NCBI GenBank assembly: GCA_964016885.1
Contig: OZ024757.1
Location: forward strand, 42,284,001 to 42,348,000
Direction: 5' to 3'
DNA length: 64,000 nucleotides
DNA from: Eledone cirrhosa
Lineage: Eukaryota
Shown here: in pieces, positions 47,503 to 61,363 of the stretch
Layout: the number at the start of each line of letters is the position of its first letter
Position numbering within the stretch: the stretch's first letter is position 1
Notes under the pieces: generated by a model
What the model was told of the DNA's origin: nothing
The model's database searches: none
Seen by the model: the letters and a program-made list of their open reading frames with translations, nothing else
Position numbers and translations under genes: made by a program

Positions 47503-47818
47503 CAGGGCCGGATTTAATGGGAGGGCAATTGCCCCATGCACCCTCCAGTTGAGGGCCCCATTATTGAAGGCCGTAGCAATTTATTTGTGCCCTCAGCTGG
47601 GCTTTTTAGTTTTAGGATGGTTAGAATTTTTGAATTTAATACATGTATATATAACTTTTCAATTCAAATTACTTGTACCAAGCTAACGTTGATATGTAAA
47701 ATTGGGGTGGGTTGCTGTGTATTCTAATTTCTTTGTATATGAGCGGGTCTCCCAAACCTGAAGTGCTCCGGGCTCCCCCAAACCTGAAGTACCCTCCTAA
47801 GATCTAAATCCAACCATC
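47503..47818. mobile_element. hAT-type MITE
   Basis: 8-bp direct repeat TGTACAAT at 47495-47502 and 47819-47826; left TIR CAGGGCCGGATTTA, decayed right TIR TAAATCC. Confidence 0.7.
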
Positions 47819-48479
47819 TGTACAATCATAACTCTTCACACTGGACACAACCATAGAAACATTGTCAGTACCAGTAGGAGCTAAATTCGGTCTCGTCTAA
47901 CAAGAGAGTCTTCTTTGTTTTTGTTTTGGTTTTTATTTTTTTGTGAAAAAGTGAAAAATATGTAAATCTTGTTCCATTTAAATCTTCATATTTTCCTACT
48001 TTCAGAATCTTCCAGAATCAAAACATTAAAAAAAAAGCTTTAAAAATACTACATCAACTATAAAGATTTCTGTACACCAAAAGATATCATTATCATCATT
48101 ATCATTATTATTATTATTAGCAGTGATTTTACTAAAAGACTGGCTGCGAGTTTTTCAGTATATTTACGCTAGATTCATGACAATAACATATTAACTCTAC
48201 AAAGACCTTATTTTAGCCACAGTTTGTGCACCAAAGGCCTTATTTTAGTCACAGTTCGGGCACCAAAGATTTTATTTTAGTCACAGTTTGGACACCAAGG
48301 GCCTTATTTTAACCATGGTTTGGGCACTAAAAGCCTTAGATTATTCACAGTTTGGCATCAAACAATAAAAACAAGGGTTTTTGTTTTTGTCTTTTGGAAT
48401 ATGTAGAAGACATTGCAAATTAGAGCTTTTAGCCAATAATAATAATAACAACAACAACAACAACAACAACAACAGTACA

Positions 48480-48655
48480 TTAAATAGATAGAAATTGCAG
48501 TACGGATGGAACACTTACAAAAAACAGCATTGCTTGGAACAGCTCGAATACTCCAGAGGGTACTCGAAAAATAAGGGTTGTTACCTCAGTTCACTGGTAG
48601 TGAACAGCTAACACTATAATACATCTCCAGTGTTAGAAGCTGACCGAAGAAACAA
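48480..48655 (+). mobile_element. R4/Dong-type LINE 3' end
   Basis: MEHLQKTALLGTARILQRVLEK then stop; flanked by (AAT/AAC)n. Confidence 0.7.
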
Positions 48656-49061
48656 TAATAACAACAACAACAACAACAACAACAATTATGATTTCTAATT
48701 TAGACACAAGGCCAGCAATTTCAGGGGATGGAAAAGTGATTAAAATCAACCCCAGTAGTTAGCTGGTACTTAATTTTATCAAACCTGGAAGAATGAAAGG
48801 CAATATTGACCTTGGCAGGATTTGAAATCAGAACATAAAGATTTGGAACAAATACTGCAAAGCATTTTGTATGATGTTCAGGCACAAGGCCAGCTCAATG
48901 CCCTCATGATAATTCTAACACAGGCTCAAGCCCAGCTCACCACCCTAATGATAACTAGTCACAAGGCCAGCTCAACACCCTAATAATAATTATTTCTAAC
49001 ACAGGCTCAAGCCCAGTTCACCACCACTGATGATAATTATTTCTAACACAGGCTCAAGGCA

Positions 49062-49310
49062 TGTATTTGGGATATTGCTTCACCGTGGGACCACGGGATG
49101 AAGGAGACGGAAAGTGAGAAAGTTGAGAAATACCAGGAGCTGAAGAGAGAAATCAGGAAACTGTGGAGAATCAGACACATAGAAGTGGTACCGATTGTAG
49201 TTGGTACACTAGTAGTTAGTAGGTTAGACATGTAGTAGTGGTACCAATTGTGGTTGGTACACTGGGAGTAGTTAGTAGAAGTTTTGCTGCATGGCTTAAG
49301 AAGCTAGGAA
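49062..49310 (+). mobile_element. R4/Dong-type REL endonuclease fragment
   Basis: WDIASPWD...EKVEKYQELKREIRKLW..IEVVPIVVGTL, with a small internal duplication. Confidence 0.7.
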
Positions 49311-49791
49311 TGTGTGCAGAAAAATTAAACAGATTAGACAGACTTATAAAATAAAATTCTCCGTCATGTTAATATTATTGGGAGCAGTCTTAAGTATTAG
49401 CTGCCAATCTTTGATGAGGTTTACTATATGCAACAAAATAGCTCAAGAAATTAATAAAGTTACTCATACCTTCAAGCCCGTTACAACAAGTGAAAGGAGA
49501 TCTGTGGAAGTGGGTTATTCTAGAAACTTCTGGCATTCACGAGTCCTGACATGATTACTTCATAACAGAAATATTTTAATTTTGTAAATAAACTTCATGG
49601 ACAATTACTTGAATCTGTTTCAATCTTTCTCTGTGTGTAAACAGAGGAAGACAGAATTACACACACTTATGGCAAATATTATTTATCAAATTTCCTCACA
49701 AGTATATGTATATAGAGACACACAAACAAACACATATATATATATATACACACATATATAAGTGATTGCAATACTCTTGGCAGAGTTTGCA

Positions 49792-49828
<37 letters not shown>

Positions 49829-50317
49829 TATATACAACATTAGGATCTAGCTGTTGAAACGGCAGGAGTTCAGCCGTTGGGGTCCCGAATCCTTCATATA
49901 TATGGGGGGGGGGGTGTTAGCTGTCTCCGGAGTAAATCAAAAGAACATCAATGAAAAACATCACAACAATTCAGAGGGTATAGACTTGACTTAATGGCAA
50001 TCTCCTTCTCCCGTGTCTGGAGGTTCATTAGGCCAGTGTGTATCTTAGTTTCCTCGGTATTAAGTGACTAAGAGGATAAGACTTTCTCCTGGACAGGACA
50101 CCAGTCCATCACAGGGTTAATCCCCAGCCCCACTGCTGGTACACATTTTCAGCTGAGTAGCAGCTGTAGCAACATGAAATGAAGTGTTTTGCTCAAGAAT
50201 ACAATGCTCCACCGGTCCAAGAATCAGATCCATGACCCCAGGATATTATGACCCTAAAGCCAACACCTTTACCACTAGGCCACATGCCCCAATGGCAATG
50301 ATGTTCAGATATTTATT

Positions 50318-50480
50318 GGTGCAGGCCGAGCAGTTAAGAAGTTTGCTTCTCACTCACGAGCAACCCAGTTCAATTCCAGTGTGTGGCATCATAAGTAAAT
50401 ATTTTTTATCATAGCCTCAAATCAATCCAAGCCTTGTGAATGAAATTGGTGGACAGAAACTGTGTGGAAGCCCATTCTAT
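50318..50480 (+). mobile_element. Diverged tRNA-derived SINE family C
   Basis: B-box-like CAGTTCAATTCC followed by AAGCCTTGTGAATGAAATTGGTGGACAGAAACTG; resembles common octopus SINEs (from memory). Confidence 0.5.
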
Positions 50481-51084
50481 GAATTTGTACTTGTAATTCG
50501 AAGACATAATCCTATCATACACTGTGTTGTGCAGATTTGGAATAAGAATTACATGAGGGGTACACGTGTCTGTGGAATACTCAGCCACTTATTAGGCCAT
50601 CAATTCTCAGATATTTTCAAATGAGAAGTTGGGTAGTGTTTCAACCCTTTTACATTACTCTATATTTACTATTGTATTTTCATGTTAAAGGCTTTACCTC
50701 ACATAATATCGAATCTATGGGATTTTGATATTATTTATTTTGAGAACAATACCTTAACATTAGTATGGGTGGCCAGTTATGGCCAGTGTTAACAGAAAGA
50801 GGTGAGAGAATTCTGACCAAATATGGCCAGTTTGAAACAAAAATGAAAAAAAAAATGAAAGAAAGAATGGCAAAATATAGGTGATAGATGTGAATCATTC
50901 TCATCAACTTCATCAATTTCTAGAATAATCAAATTTGTTGTTAAATTTGGTTATTTTTTATTGCATTTAAAGAGTTGTTTCACGGTTAAGACTAAAACTT
51001 CACAACACATTCATCCAAAAATTGGAAGGAAACTTTACATGTGGAAAAAAGCCCTGAAAACATTGAAAGAATGTTATCCTACAA

Positions 51085-51286
51085 CAGACCTGTCAACTCT
51101 CCCTGCCCCACGGAGACATCTCTCACCCACTTTGGGGTGGGTCAGAGATGTATTCTCTTGTGAAAATAAATGGGTATAGCTTTCATTATATAAAATCTCC
51201 CCATTTTGCCTCGTTTATCCCCAAATTTAGGGCACTTTTTTTTTCCTGGTTCTCCCCATTTGGGTTTTTAGAGGTTGGCAGGCCTA
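51085..51286. mobile_element. MITE with TIR YAGRCCTGYCAAC
   Basis: CAGACCTGTCAAC ... GTTGGCAGGCCTA; rearranged halves of the same family at 8870-8925 and 9118-9225. Confidence 0.65.
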
Positions 51287-52456
51287 TCTACATGATATGA
51301 AATATTGGAGGTTTTATAGGAAAATGTCATTGAAATGAGTGATTGATCCATTGAGATCAAAATAAAGGGAATTCAGGAATGAAAAATTGTGTGAAATGAA
51401 ACAAGATAAATAAATAAAGAAATAAAAATAATATGTTGGTGTTTTTTATGTTGTGTTGCAGCTTAGAAATGGAACAGGAAGTTGTACACACACACATGCA
51501 TATATATATATCATCATCATCATCATCATCATCATCACCGTTTAACGTCTATCTTCCACGCTAGCATGGGTTTAGACGGATATATATATATATATAAACA
51601 TACATATGCACACACAGATATATACACACACATATAAATAACACAGATAAATACACACATACATATACATTGCATGATGTAATAGAGAATAGTAAAGTTA
51701 TACATACATATGTTGTATAGTGGAAAGGTTAGTAGTAATAGAAAGTTAGTTATATACACACATTGTATGGTGTAATAGAGTTTAGTAAAAGAAGTTATAT
51801 ACACACATACATGTATGGTGTAACAAAGTTTAGTAAAAGAAGTTATATATACACACACTGTATGGTGCAGTAGACTGTAGTAATTAGAAGTTATATACAC
51901 CCATATATAAATTGTATGGTGTACTGGAAAGTAGATATAAATAGCCATTTATTCTTAAATGAATCTCTTAGGGACCTAGAGGGCTGCTGCTTAATAATAT
52001 ATTCTCCTAGATAGAGTGCTATCTCAATTGCATGCCATGCTGAATTATCACAGAAAAAAGCCTGGCACCAATTCCTGTAGCATGACCCATGACTGTTTGT
52101 AATAAGGACATGTTGAGGAATTAAGTGTACAGCTTAAAGAGAGAGAGAGGGAGAGTGGGGGGGGGGGGGAAACATCTTCTGTGAGATATGAACTCATGAC
52201 TGTGAGTTTGGTAGTGCCAATAGTCTATCATCCACTTAACTATTTCAACTTATATTCAGTGTGTCTGTATGTGAGCTGTGGCCTTGTCATAGATATCACT
52301 TTCATTCTTAGTGTTAGTCACATCCAAACGTTATTTTAAACAATACTATATATATAACCTTATTAAATATCAAAGTCTTTCACCAGAGTACATCTACAGC
52401 CTCGGTCATGGATATTTCCATCCCACTGTGTCTTTGAGATGTATATATACATACAT

Positions 52457-52487
<31 letters not shown>

Positions 52488-52489
52488 TA

Positions 52490-52582
<93 letters not shown>

Positions 52583-52685
52583 TGTTATTAATTCTGGCAA
52601 TACTATTACACAAATATGATCCTCCCCAAGTATATATATATATATATATATATACATATCGACAGTCGATCGCGTTTCATCAAAT

Positions 52686-52716
<31 letters not shown>

Positions 52717-52739
52717 CATATCTCTGTACATGTATATAC

Positions 52740-52782
<43 letters not shown>

Positions 52783-53607
52783 CATACATACATAAACACA
52801 CACACATATATATATATGTAAATCTGACTTGACAGACATACACAACAGGCATGTACCTGCAGAAAAGACTAGAATCACATTCCAGGTGGGAATTTAACAA
52901 ACATGGAGACAAGAACAGTTGGATCATGTCGATGATAAGTCAATTACAACGCTGATTTCACAAAGACCGAATTCCATGGAGAAACATTCACCATCTTTAT
53001 AATTATCATCATCATCATCATCATAATCATCTTTATTATCTTCATCATAATCATCATCTTCATAATCACAATCACCATCATCATCATCATCATAATCACC
53101 ATTATAATTATAATCATCATAATCATCATCATAATAATCATCATTATAATTGGTCTGGTTGGTCTTTATTTATTTATTATAATTATTATTATTATTTGTG
53201 TGTGTGTGTACATGTGTGTGTTTGTGTATATGTGTGTTTGTGTATATATGTGTATGTGTGTGTATGTGTATATGTGTGTTTGTGTATATATGTGTATGTG
53301 TGTGTATGTGTATATGTGTGTTTGTGTATATATGTGTATGTGTGTGTGTGTGTATGTGTGTTTGTGTATATATGCGTATGTGTGTATGTGTGTTTGTGTA
53401 TATATGTGTATGTGTGTGTATGTGTGTTTGTGTATATATGTGTATGTGCGTATGTGTTTATGTGTGTATGTGTATATATGTGTATGTGTGTGTATGTGTA
53501 TATGTGTGTATGTGTATATATGTGTATGTGTGTATGTGTGTATGTGTATATGTGTATATGCGTGTATGTGTATATGTGTGTTTGTGTATGCGTGTGTATG
53601 TGTATAT

Positions 53608-53641
<34 letters not shown>

Positions 53642-53916
53642 GTGTATGTGTGTGTATGTGTATGTATGTGTATGTGTGTGTGTTCGGTCTTTTCAATTGC
53701 ATTTGTTCCCAGTTGGTTTAATGTTGGGTGTGAGTGATGTCACTTGAGAAAACACGAGGGGGGTGGGACCAATGGTGGTGTGTTGGGGTTCGGGTAGGTA
53801 TAGTGTGTGTGGGTGGGGATGAGGAAATGCAGGCAATTTATCCAATGTCAAAGGTCACAGAGCTAGCGCCTGTTATATAAAGAACTTCTGGTAGAGTGTG
53901 TATGTATTTGTATGCA

Positions 53917-54039
<123 letters not shown>

Positions 54040-54050
54040 GTATATATATG

Positions 54051-54083
<33 letters not shown>

Positions 54084-55402
54084 GTATATATATTATTGGG
54101 TCTGAATCGAAGTTGTAGCTGCCATACAACAGGTACTAATCGAGTTGTATATATATATATATATATATATAATTATATATGTGTGTGTGTGTGTGTGTGT
54201 AACGGATTGATTGATATGTAAGATGTAGTTGAGTTCCATAGAGTGGCACCTAAGCTCCCTGCTAGCCGAATCTTCTGCCACCCTAGTTTCAATATTCAGA
54301 TGAGTCATTCTAACTCCACTTATGCCTCGGATCTGCGAGATCTTTATATATTTTCCGGCCACAGTGAAACGACGAGGGAGGGGGTTTCACGACTAATTTA
54401 GTTGTTCAAACTGACTTGTTTTCAACTTACTACGTGAAGAGGTGAAGACAGAAACTTCAGTTCGGAGGGAGGGGGGGGGGGGTGTCATCACCAACAACAA
54501 CAGCAATAACAACAACAACAGCAACAACAAACAACAACTACTACTTTGTCGATGGCTTGTTGGTAATACTGACATGATGGTCTTTTTCATATTTATTCAT
54601 ACATATATTTATATGGATCATCATCATCACCATCATCATATATGTATATATATATATACATAGATATATGTATATATGTATATATGTATATATGTATGTA
54701 TGGATATGGTTTTCCAACCCATGCAAACATCGAAAGCAGATGAAACATGCTGATATATATATATATGTGTGTGTGTGTGCATGTATATATATGCATATAT
54801 ATACACACAACATACAAATAATCAACACACAGGGGAACAGTGTGGGATATGGGGATGTGTGTGGGGGGGGGGGGTCTAAATTGATTATTTAAGATTGGCA
54901 CAAGGCCACAAATCAACAGGAGGGGGTCATAAAGGATTGATTCAACCCTAGTATATGACTGGTATCAAAGTTATCAACCCTGGAGGGATGAAAGGCAGAC
55001 ATCTCAATCCAAGAATGATTTGAACTTGGAACGTAGATGAATAGAACTAAATACCTTGTGGTGTTTAGTCTTGAACCTTTACTGCTTCTGCCAATCAATC
55101 CCTTTTTGTGGAGGGCTTTTGGATTAAATATGTTTAGGGATCAGGGAAAGAGAGGGGAGAGTGAGGGAGACGGTGAGAGAGGGAGAGGGTGAGTAATGGC
55201 AATAGAGAGAGGGACGGGGTGAGGTAGGGGGAAGAGGAGATAGAGAGAGGTGGTGGGGTGGGAGTGGTGGTGGAGGAGAAGGGATTATCAGAGGGACTGG
55301 ATATGAAAGAAAAGGGGCCGGGCAGGAATATGGGAATAAGTTGGGTGTTGTGTCTCCTTTCCCCCTCCCCCAGCTCTCACAGTTGTTTAGTAGTAATCAT
55401 AA

Positions 55403-55433
<31 letters not shown>

Positions 55434-55677
55434 TGTTGTTGTTGTTGCAGCATTTTCGGTAATATCATTATTATTGTTATCATCATCATCATCATTATTA
55501 TTATTATTATTATTATCAGTGTCGGTGGTAATAGTAGTAGTAGTGGTAGTGGTGGTGGTATTAACAGCAGAGTAGTAACAGTAGGTTGCAGTATTGTGGC
55601 GGAAATTTGAACATGACTGTGTCAACCTACTGTGTGGCTGGTGACAGGGCGTAACTACTCTAACTGATCCACTGATG

Positions 55678-55830
55678 TCAGTTGGACGTGTCGCCATCTC
55701 CTGGTTCAGCAAACAGACCACGTACGTCCAGAGTGTTGGCTAGATCCAGCATGCTTTTGTAGAGCAAAGGATGTTCGAGGATTTCATCTGTTGGTAACGA
55801 GGGGTGAGAGGTAGGGAAATAGCTGGGACC
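55678..55830 (-). CDS. SCAI: SCAI terminal coding exon
   Basis: ttccag acceptor; GPSYFPTSHPSLPTDEILEHPLLYKSMLDLANTLDVRGLFAEPGDGDTSN then TGA; resembles the SCAI C-terminus. Confidence 0.92.
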   Translation of the reverse strand, partial: GPSYFPTSHPSLPTDEILEHPLLYKSMLDLANTLDVRGLFAEPGDGDTSN

Positions 55831-56100
55831 CTGGAAAATACAACAAAAAAGAAAAAAAGAAAATTGAGAAAAAAAAAATTTAAGAAAATATTATTACGCT
55901 TTCACTCCTCCTCCTCATCAACATCAAGGTGGTTACACAGTCTACCAGCATAGCCTCAGTCTACCAGCATAGCCTCAGTCTACCCGCATAGCCACAGTCT
56001 ACCAGCATAGTCACAGTCTTACCAACTGAAACAAGTAAAAGACTAAATCAAAGCAATGCCCCAGCATGACCAGAGCTTAATGACTGAAAAGAATAGTAAT

Positions 56101-56290
56101 AATTGTTTCTACTTTTTGGCACAAGGCCAGCAATTACCCCAGTGTATTACTGGTACTTTATTTTATCGACCCCGTAAGGATGAAAGGCAAAGTTAACCTC
56201 AGCGGGATTCAAACTCAGATCATAAAGGTCCATAACTCTATGCATCAAAGCATGGCGTCCGACCCTCTACCGATTCTGCCAATCAACCAA
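56101..56290 (-). mobile_element. SINE family A (further diverged copies at about 48688-48880, 54890-55100 and 56908-57058)
   Basis: Match to family consensus. Confidence 0.85.
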
Positions 56291-56440
56291 AGAAAAGAAT
56301 AATAATAATGCTTTCTTTATTAACCACAAGGGTTGACACAAAGTATAACATTAAGGACAGTACAGGACGGTACAAATGGCCATAATAATAATAATGCTTT
56401 CTTTATTATCCACAATAATAATAATAAAAGAATTGTTCAC

Positions 56441-56541
56441 CTTGAAGCCACGATGTAGAATTAAGACTATGTAACAGAAAACAAAACGTAGCAGCAAAAG
56501 ACGGAGAAAGTCATCACCAAAAAACTGCATAAAGGAATGAT
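56441..56541 (-). CDS. SCAI: SCAI exon
   Basis: ctccag acceptor, gtgaac donor; 101 nt, phase 1/0; DHSFMQFFGDDFLRLLLLRFVFC. Confidence 0.94.
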
Positions 56542-56608
56542 CTGGAGAGAAAAACAGAGAAATATGTCAGATTCTATGAAAGGATTATTAGTTTTATAGA
56601 ATTCAAAT

Positions 56609-56781
56609 GACATGGCATGGTGTCGTAGAGGCATTATATTGACATATGGCATGGTGTCGTAGAGGCATTATATTGACATATGGCATGGTGTCGTAGAGGC
56701 ATTATATTGACATATGGCATGGTGTCGTAGAGGCATTATATTGACATATGGCATGCTGTCGTAGAGGCATTATATTGACAT
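56609..56781. repeat. 34-bp minisatellite (5 units) in a SCAI intron
   Basis: Unit GACATATGGCATGGTGTCGTAGAGGCATTATATT, head-to-tail with no spacers. Confidence 0.95.
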
Positions 56782-57526
56782 ACAATGTTTATAGGGTATT
56801 TTTAAACTTGGTGGAGCCCATCTCCTCTCCAGGTCTGAATACAGCAGATTTCTTCCAGAGAAAGATAGATAGTGAAAGAGAGGAAATGACAAAGATATAG
56901 AGGAAGAATTGACCCCAGTACTTTACTGGTACTTTTTTTATTGACCTCGAAGGATCAAAGGCAAAGTTGACCTCGGCAGGATTTGAACTCAGAGAGCCAG
57001 AACAAATACCACAAAGCATTCTATCCAACGTTCTAATAACTCTGCCAATTCACCGCCTTAGAACAGATATAAACACGAGAGAACTCATTGCTAGAACAGC
57101 TGTTAAAACAGCTAAATGTTGTCAATGACAGCGATGGGCAAAAATGCCTCAGAGATCAGAGACCAGCGGCCAGTGGTCAACAGAGAGACAATCCACAAGG
57201 TGGGTGAGAGGCAGATGATATATATAATGCCTCAGAGGTCAGAGACTAACAGCCAGTGGTCAACAGAGAGACAATCCACATGATGGGTGACGGGCAAATA
57301 GTTCTGCTTGGCTGGTCAGGTTTGGGAATCCAGCCGGATCAGTTGGAGATGGTTGCTTCTGACAAGACCCGATGTAAGGAGTGTTTGAGGACTCTGTCCC
57401 CACGACCCTCTCAGGAGTATGTGGGCAAAGAAGAAGGTTTTGTATTATACAGAATCAGGGATTGGCTTTAAGTAGTTTAGTACAAAAAAGGGTTTAGCAA
57501 AGGATAAAGGGCAGAGGTATGATTAC

Positions 57527-57700
57527 CTAATTTCCTTGAACGAGTAAATAACTTGGATGCTTCTGACATAAACTTATCTACATGGCTCTGGCACTTGTCC
57601 CAGGTAGTTATAGGAATGTCCCCTATGTTGCATACATAGCAAAATGCCATTAGGGGACAGTGTAAGAAGAGAGTAAACAGGTTGCCCTTCAGATGTTGGT
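57527..57700 (-). CDS. SCAI: SCAI exon
   Basis: ttacag acceptor, gtaatc donor; 174 nt, phase 1/1; DQHLKGNLFTLFLHCPLMAF...WDKCQ. Confidence 0.94.
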
Positions 57701-57893
57701 CTGTAAAAGAAGAAACAAAATAAGTATACAATTAAGATATCATAGTTTGCTGGAAACTGTAGGAAATAGTGTTAATATAATCTATATATAAATTTGAGCA
57801 ACTTCCATCCGTCTGTCACTCAATGTGTGTATGTGTATATGAATGTAAGTGTGTGTTGTAAAAGGAAGGAAGGGGATGGTAAAAAAAACTAAC

Positions 57894-57966
57894 CTTGCAT
57901 TGTTGATGGTAACTGCTCAGGGGACAGAAGGCAGACAAGCGGTTGACCAAAAAGATTAGGAAAACA
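57894..57966 (-). CDS. SCAI: SCAI exon
   Basis: ttccag acceptor, gttagt donor; 73 nt, phase 0/1; CFPNLFGQPLVCLLSPEQLPSTMQ. Confidence 0.94.
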
Positions 57967-58142
57967 CTGGAAAATAGATATAAACACATCACATAATTAA
58001 ATTTTGTTTTCGAATGTCTTCTAAATATAACATATTTCATTGGTATATATATATAAATTTATATATATATATAAATTTATATATAATAACCCTTGCGAGC
58101 AGGGAAGAACGGACGATGATGATGATGAATGACGGCGAAGAA

Positions 58143-58603
58143 TTTGTTTTGCAAGGTTTTTGATATGAAATCGTGTGTCGAAACAAATATTGTTATACTT
58201 GGGGAGGGTCATATTGTTGTAATAATATTGCCAGAATTAATAACAGAACACACTCACTGTTTGGTTGGTTTTCACTTCTGTATCTTTTATGTCAGTTAAT
58301 TTATTCGGTCCTCAATGTTTACCATTGACTGACCAATGGTCAAAAATACAGATACGATATAGACACAAACACATATATAGTCTAACAAAGTTCTTTCGTT
58401 GCACATCTGCAACATCGTCAGTGGTGCTATTATGTTTCCTCCTGTTGTATTGTATATCTACGCCATCTTTATGTGAAAACCAACCAAACAGTGAGTGTGT
58501 TCTGTTATTAATTCTGGCAATATTATGACAACAATATGACCCTCTCCAAGTATAACAATATTTGTTTTGACACACGATTTCATATAAAAAACCTCGCAAA
58601 ACA

Positions 58604-58605
<2 letters not shown>
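58143..58605 (-). mobile_element. Solo Penelope pLTR with inverted partial copy (arms about 133 bp) in a SCAI intron
   Basis: Reverse complement of about 20520-20865; 58143-58275 versus 58473-58605 inverted. Confidence 0.85.
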
Positions 58606-58657
<52 letters not shown>

Positions 58658-59111
58658 CATAATATATATATATATATATTATGTATGTATATAAATATAC
58701 ATATATTAGAAAATGAGTTGTTTTTTTTTAAATGAAAAAAAAAAAAGATATCCTACACGAGTGAAAGTATAAGGAAAAAAGATGAAATCGAAAATGCAAC
58801 TGGAGTCTTTTTAAGAATATTTATTTGGTTCCTTTACCGGTTTCGCAGTTCTTGTGCTTTTCAAAAGTAGAATTGAGATGGAGGGTCTGTGGTTTTTCTC
58901 GCATATAATGTTATATATATAGCATTAAGAAAGATGGTGTTTACATAAAGCATTTAAGAAGAAGAAGATGATGATGATGATGATGATGGTAATGATAGTG
59001 GTGGTAGTAATTGTAGCAATGGTGATGGTAGTAGTGGTGGTAATGGTAGTAGTGGTGGTAGTAGTGGTGGTAGTAGTGGTAGTAGTAGTGGTGGTAATGG
59101 TGTATACATAC

Positions 59112-59193
59112 CTGAAATGCGGAACTATTATCACTATCGCAGATGAGGAATAATGGCTTTCTTGTGTAAGGATACAGATCACCTGGATGTAGA
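59112..59193 (-). CDS. SCAI: SCAI exon
   Basis: ttccag acceptor, gtatgt donor; 82 nt, phase 2/0; LHPGDLYPYTRKPLFLICDSDNSSAFQ. Confidence 0.95.
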
Positions 59194-59245
59194 CTGGAAT
59201 TAAAATGGTAAAACAGGTAATTAGTATCAGGTAACATATGTAATT

Positions 59246-59430
59246 AATTGTTTCCACTTTAGGCACAAGGCCAGCAATTACCCAGTGCATTACTGGTACT
59301 TTATTTTATCGACCCCGTAAGGATGAAAGGCAAAGTCAACCTCGGCGGGATTTGAACTCAGATCGTAAAGGGACGTAACTATGCTGGAAAGCATGGCGTC
59401 CGACCCTCTACCGATACTGCCAATCCACCG
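59246..59430 (-). mobile_element. SINE family A, full length
   Basis: Match to family consensus. Confidence 0.88.
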
Positions 59431-60400
59431 TTTGTAATTAATATGTAATTAATGAACATAATTAATATGTAATTAATGAACATAAGACATGTATTTAGAA
59501 TAAAATGGCCAGATTTCTTATAACTGAAAGGATATCAGGACACTATCCTTCAAAACTTCCATGCTTCCCAAAATTTGCCAACACTACACCTGATATTCCC
59601 CTTCCATACACACACATGTATGTGTATATGTGTGTGTCTGAGTGTCTGTGTGTGTCTGCGTGTCTGTGTGTATCATGATTCATACAATTTAAAGATGTTT
59701 TTTTAGGAACTTTCAATGTTTTCAAGTTTTTATAGGTTTTTGCCGTCTGAAGAGCTCAGGCTGTCTTAACTGATAGTCCTCACTGAAATATGTATAACAG
59801 AGTTTTAAATAAACCTGAGTCAACTGAATATGGCCTCAGATCTTTTAATAATATATCTATATATATATATCTATATATCTCTATATCTATATCTATATAT
59901 CTATATATATATAGTAATAATAATAAATGTGAAGACTAAAATCCAAAGAGGCTTGATAAGGATAATATATATCAAATATATAAAAACCATAGAGCAAATA
60001 TTTATTAAAATAACAGATTAAAGTTTAAGCAAAGAATCACTGCTTTTACCCTTAATACATATATAACCCATGCTAGCGTGGAAGATAGACGTTAATCGAT
60101 GATGATTATCATTATCATTATCATCATTTAATGGCTATTTTTCCCTGCTGGCATGGGATAGACGAGTTATCCTGTTGTGAGCAATGCCAGGTCAGGTGAC
60201 CATGTCCTGCTCATCCTTGTATTATTGATGGATTGAGAAAGAGTACTCAATACCGAAATAGGATTTAAACATTCATTTATTATGGCTAAGTGGTGAGCCT
60301 TGTTACTCTAGATTTTCACCTGAGCATTCACAAAGACAATGAGAGAAGTGTAGGACAAAATATTCTAATTTATGGTGTAAGAAAAACCACGGTGCCTTAC

Positions 60401-60497
60401 CAATGCATTTCTTTCAAACTACCAGGTCTTTTATTTTTATTTAAAATGTCCCCTTCTCGCCGACTGTTGGTAACCACACCTCCAAGGTCATAGGCAG
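60401..60497 (-). CDS. SCAI: SCAI exon
   Basis: tttcag acceptor, gtaagg donor; 97 nt, phase 1/2; AYDLGGVVTNSRREGDILNKNKRPGSLKEMHC. Confidence 0.93.
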
Positions 60498-60553
60498 CTG
60501 AAATATAGGGAAAAGAGTCTTGTGAAGATTGTCTGGGTTAGTCCCTTTTATTT

Positions 60554-60591
60554 TCCTCGGAAGAAGAGATTTTAATCTCGAAATATCAGGA
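60554..60591 (+). ncRNA. Minimal hammerhead-like motif with core variant CGGAAGA in a solo pLTR (SCAI intron, antisense to the gene)
   Basis: UCCU-CGGAAGA-aGAGAU-uuua-AUCUC-GAAA-ua-UC^AGGA; related copies at 35743-35777 (-) and 36974-37008 (+). Confidence 0.5.
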
Positions 60592-61363
60592 CATATAAAT
60601 ATATTAAGGTCAAACACTTAACACCTTGTTTCACCCTTTGTTTATTTCACATTGTTGTGGCTTTCAAACTTCAAACTTTATCATTGTGATAGTTGTAGGA
60701 GCCTAAATGTTCAAACTAGCAATGTATATATTAATTGAAGAAACTCTGCAGAAATTTATAAATCATCAACATTATTTAGAGTTGTTTCATTGCCATATTT
60801 TTAATGAAAGAAAAATAACTGTGTTTAATAAATTTTGAAAATAACCCAAAATCTGGAGGAATTTCTTTATTAAGCTGATATTTAAAACATCACAAAATTT
60901 CTAAAATAAACTTTTGATAGAAGGTTTTAATATAAGGATAAACATTTTAAAACGATCAGTTTTGTATCATAAATCTAGGGCATTTTCAGGTGGTTTTCTA
61001 TCAAAAGTCCACTTTCAATACTAACCAGGGTTTACAAACACATTTTTTTAAATGATGCCACAACAAAATGCACTTGGCCTACACTGTAAAGTGGTAGTAC
61101 TGAAGCACATATCATAGCACCTTGTAAAGTGGTTGTGCTGGTGCCATGATAAATGCACCCAGTTCACCCTGTAAAGTGGTTGTGCTGGTGCCATGATAAA
61201 TGCACCCAGTTCACCCTGTAAAGTGGTAGTACTTGTGCCACTATAAATAAAACACTCAGTCCATTCTGTAAAGAAGCGGTGCTGATGCCATGAATGAACA
61301 CACATACACAGAGAAAAAACCCAACAACAACAACAACAGCAACAGTAGTAGAGTAAAACTTAC

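Noticed and set aside
48480-48880. SINE A as the partner of the R4/Dong LINE
   Set aside because: No shared 3' sequence. The SINE tail is (ATT)n whereas Dong fragments end in (AAT)n on their own strand.
55660-55680. Stop-codon readthrough of SCAI
   Set aside because: Context is TGA-CAT, not TGA-CTAG, and an in-frame TAG follows after five codons.
56609-56781. 34-bp repeats (and the 45373 and 48200 arrays) as a CRISPR-like array
   Set aside because: Head-to-tail units with no unique spacers, in a eukaryotic context with no cas genes.
59741-59842. Hammerhead-like CTGAAGA-GCTCAGG...CCTGAGT
   Set aside because: No GAAA adjacent to stem II and no stem I; at best a decayed relic.
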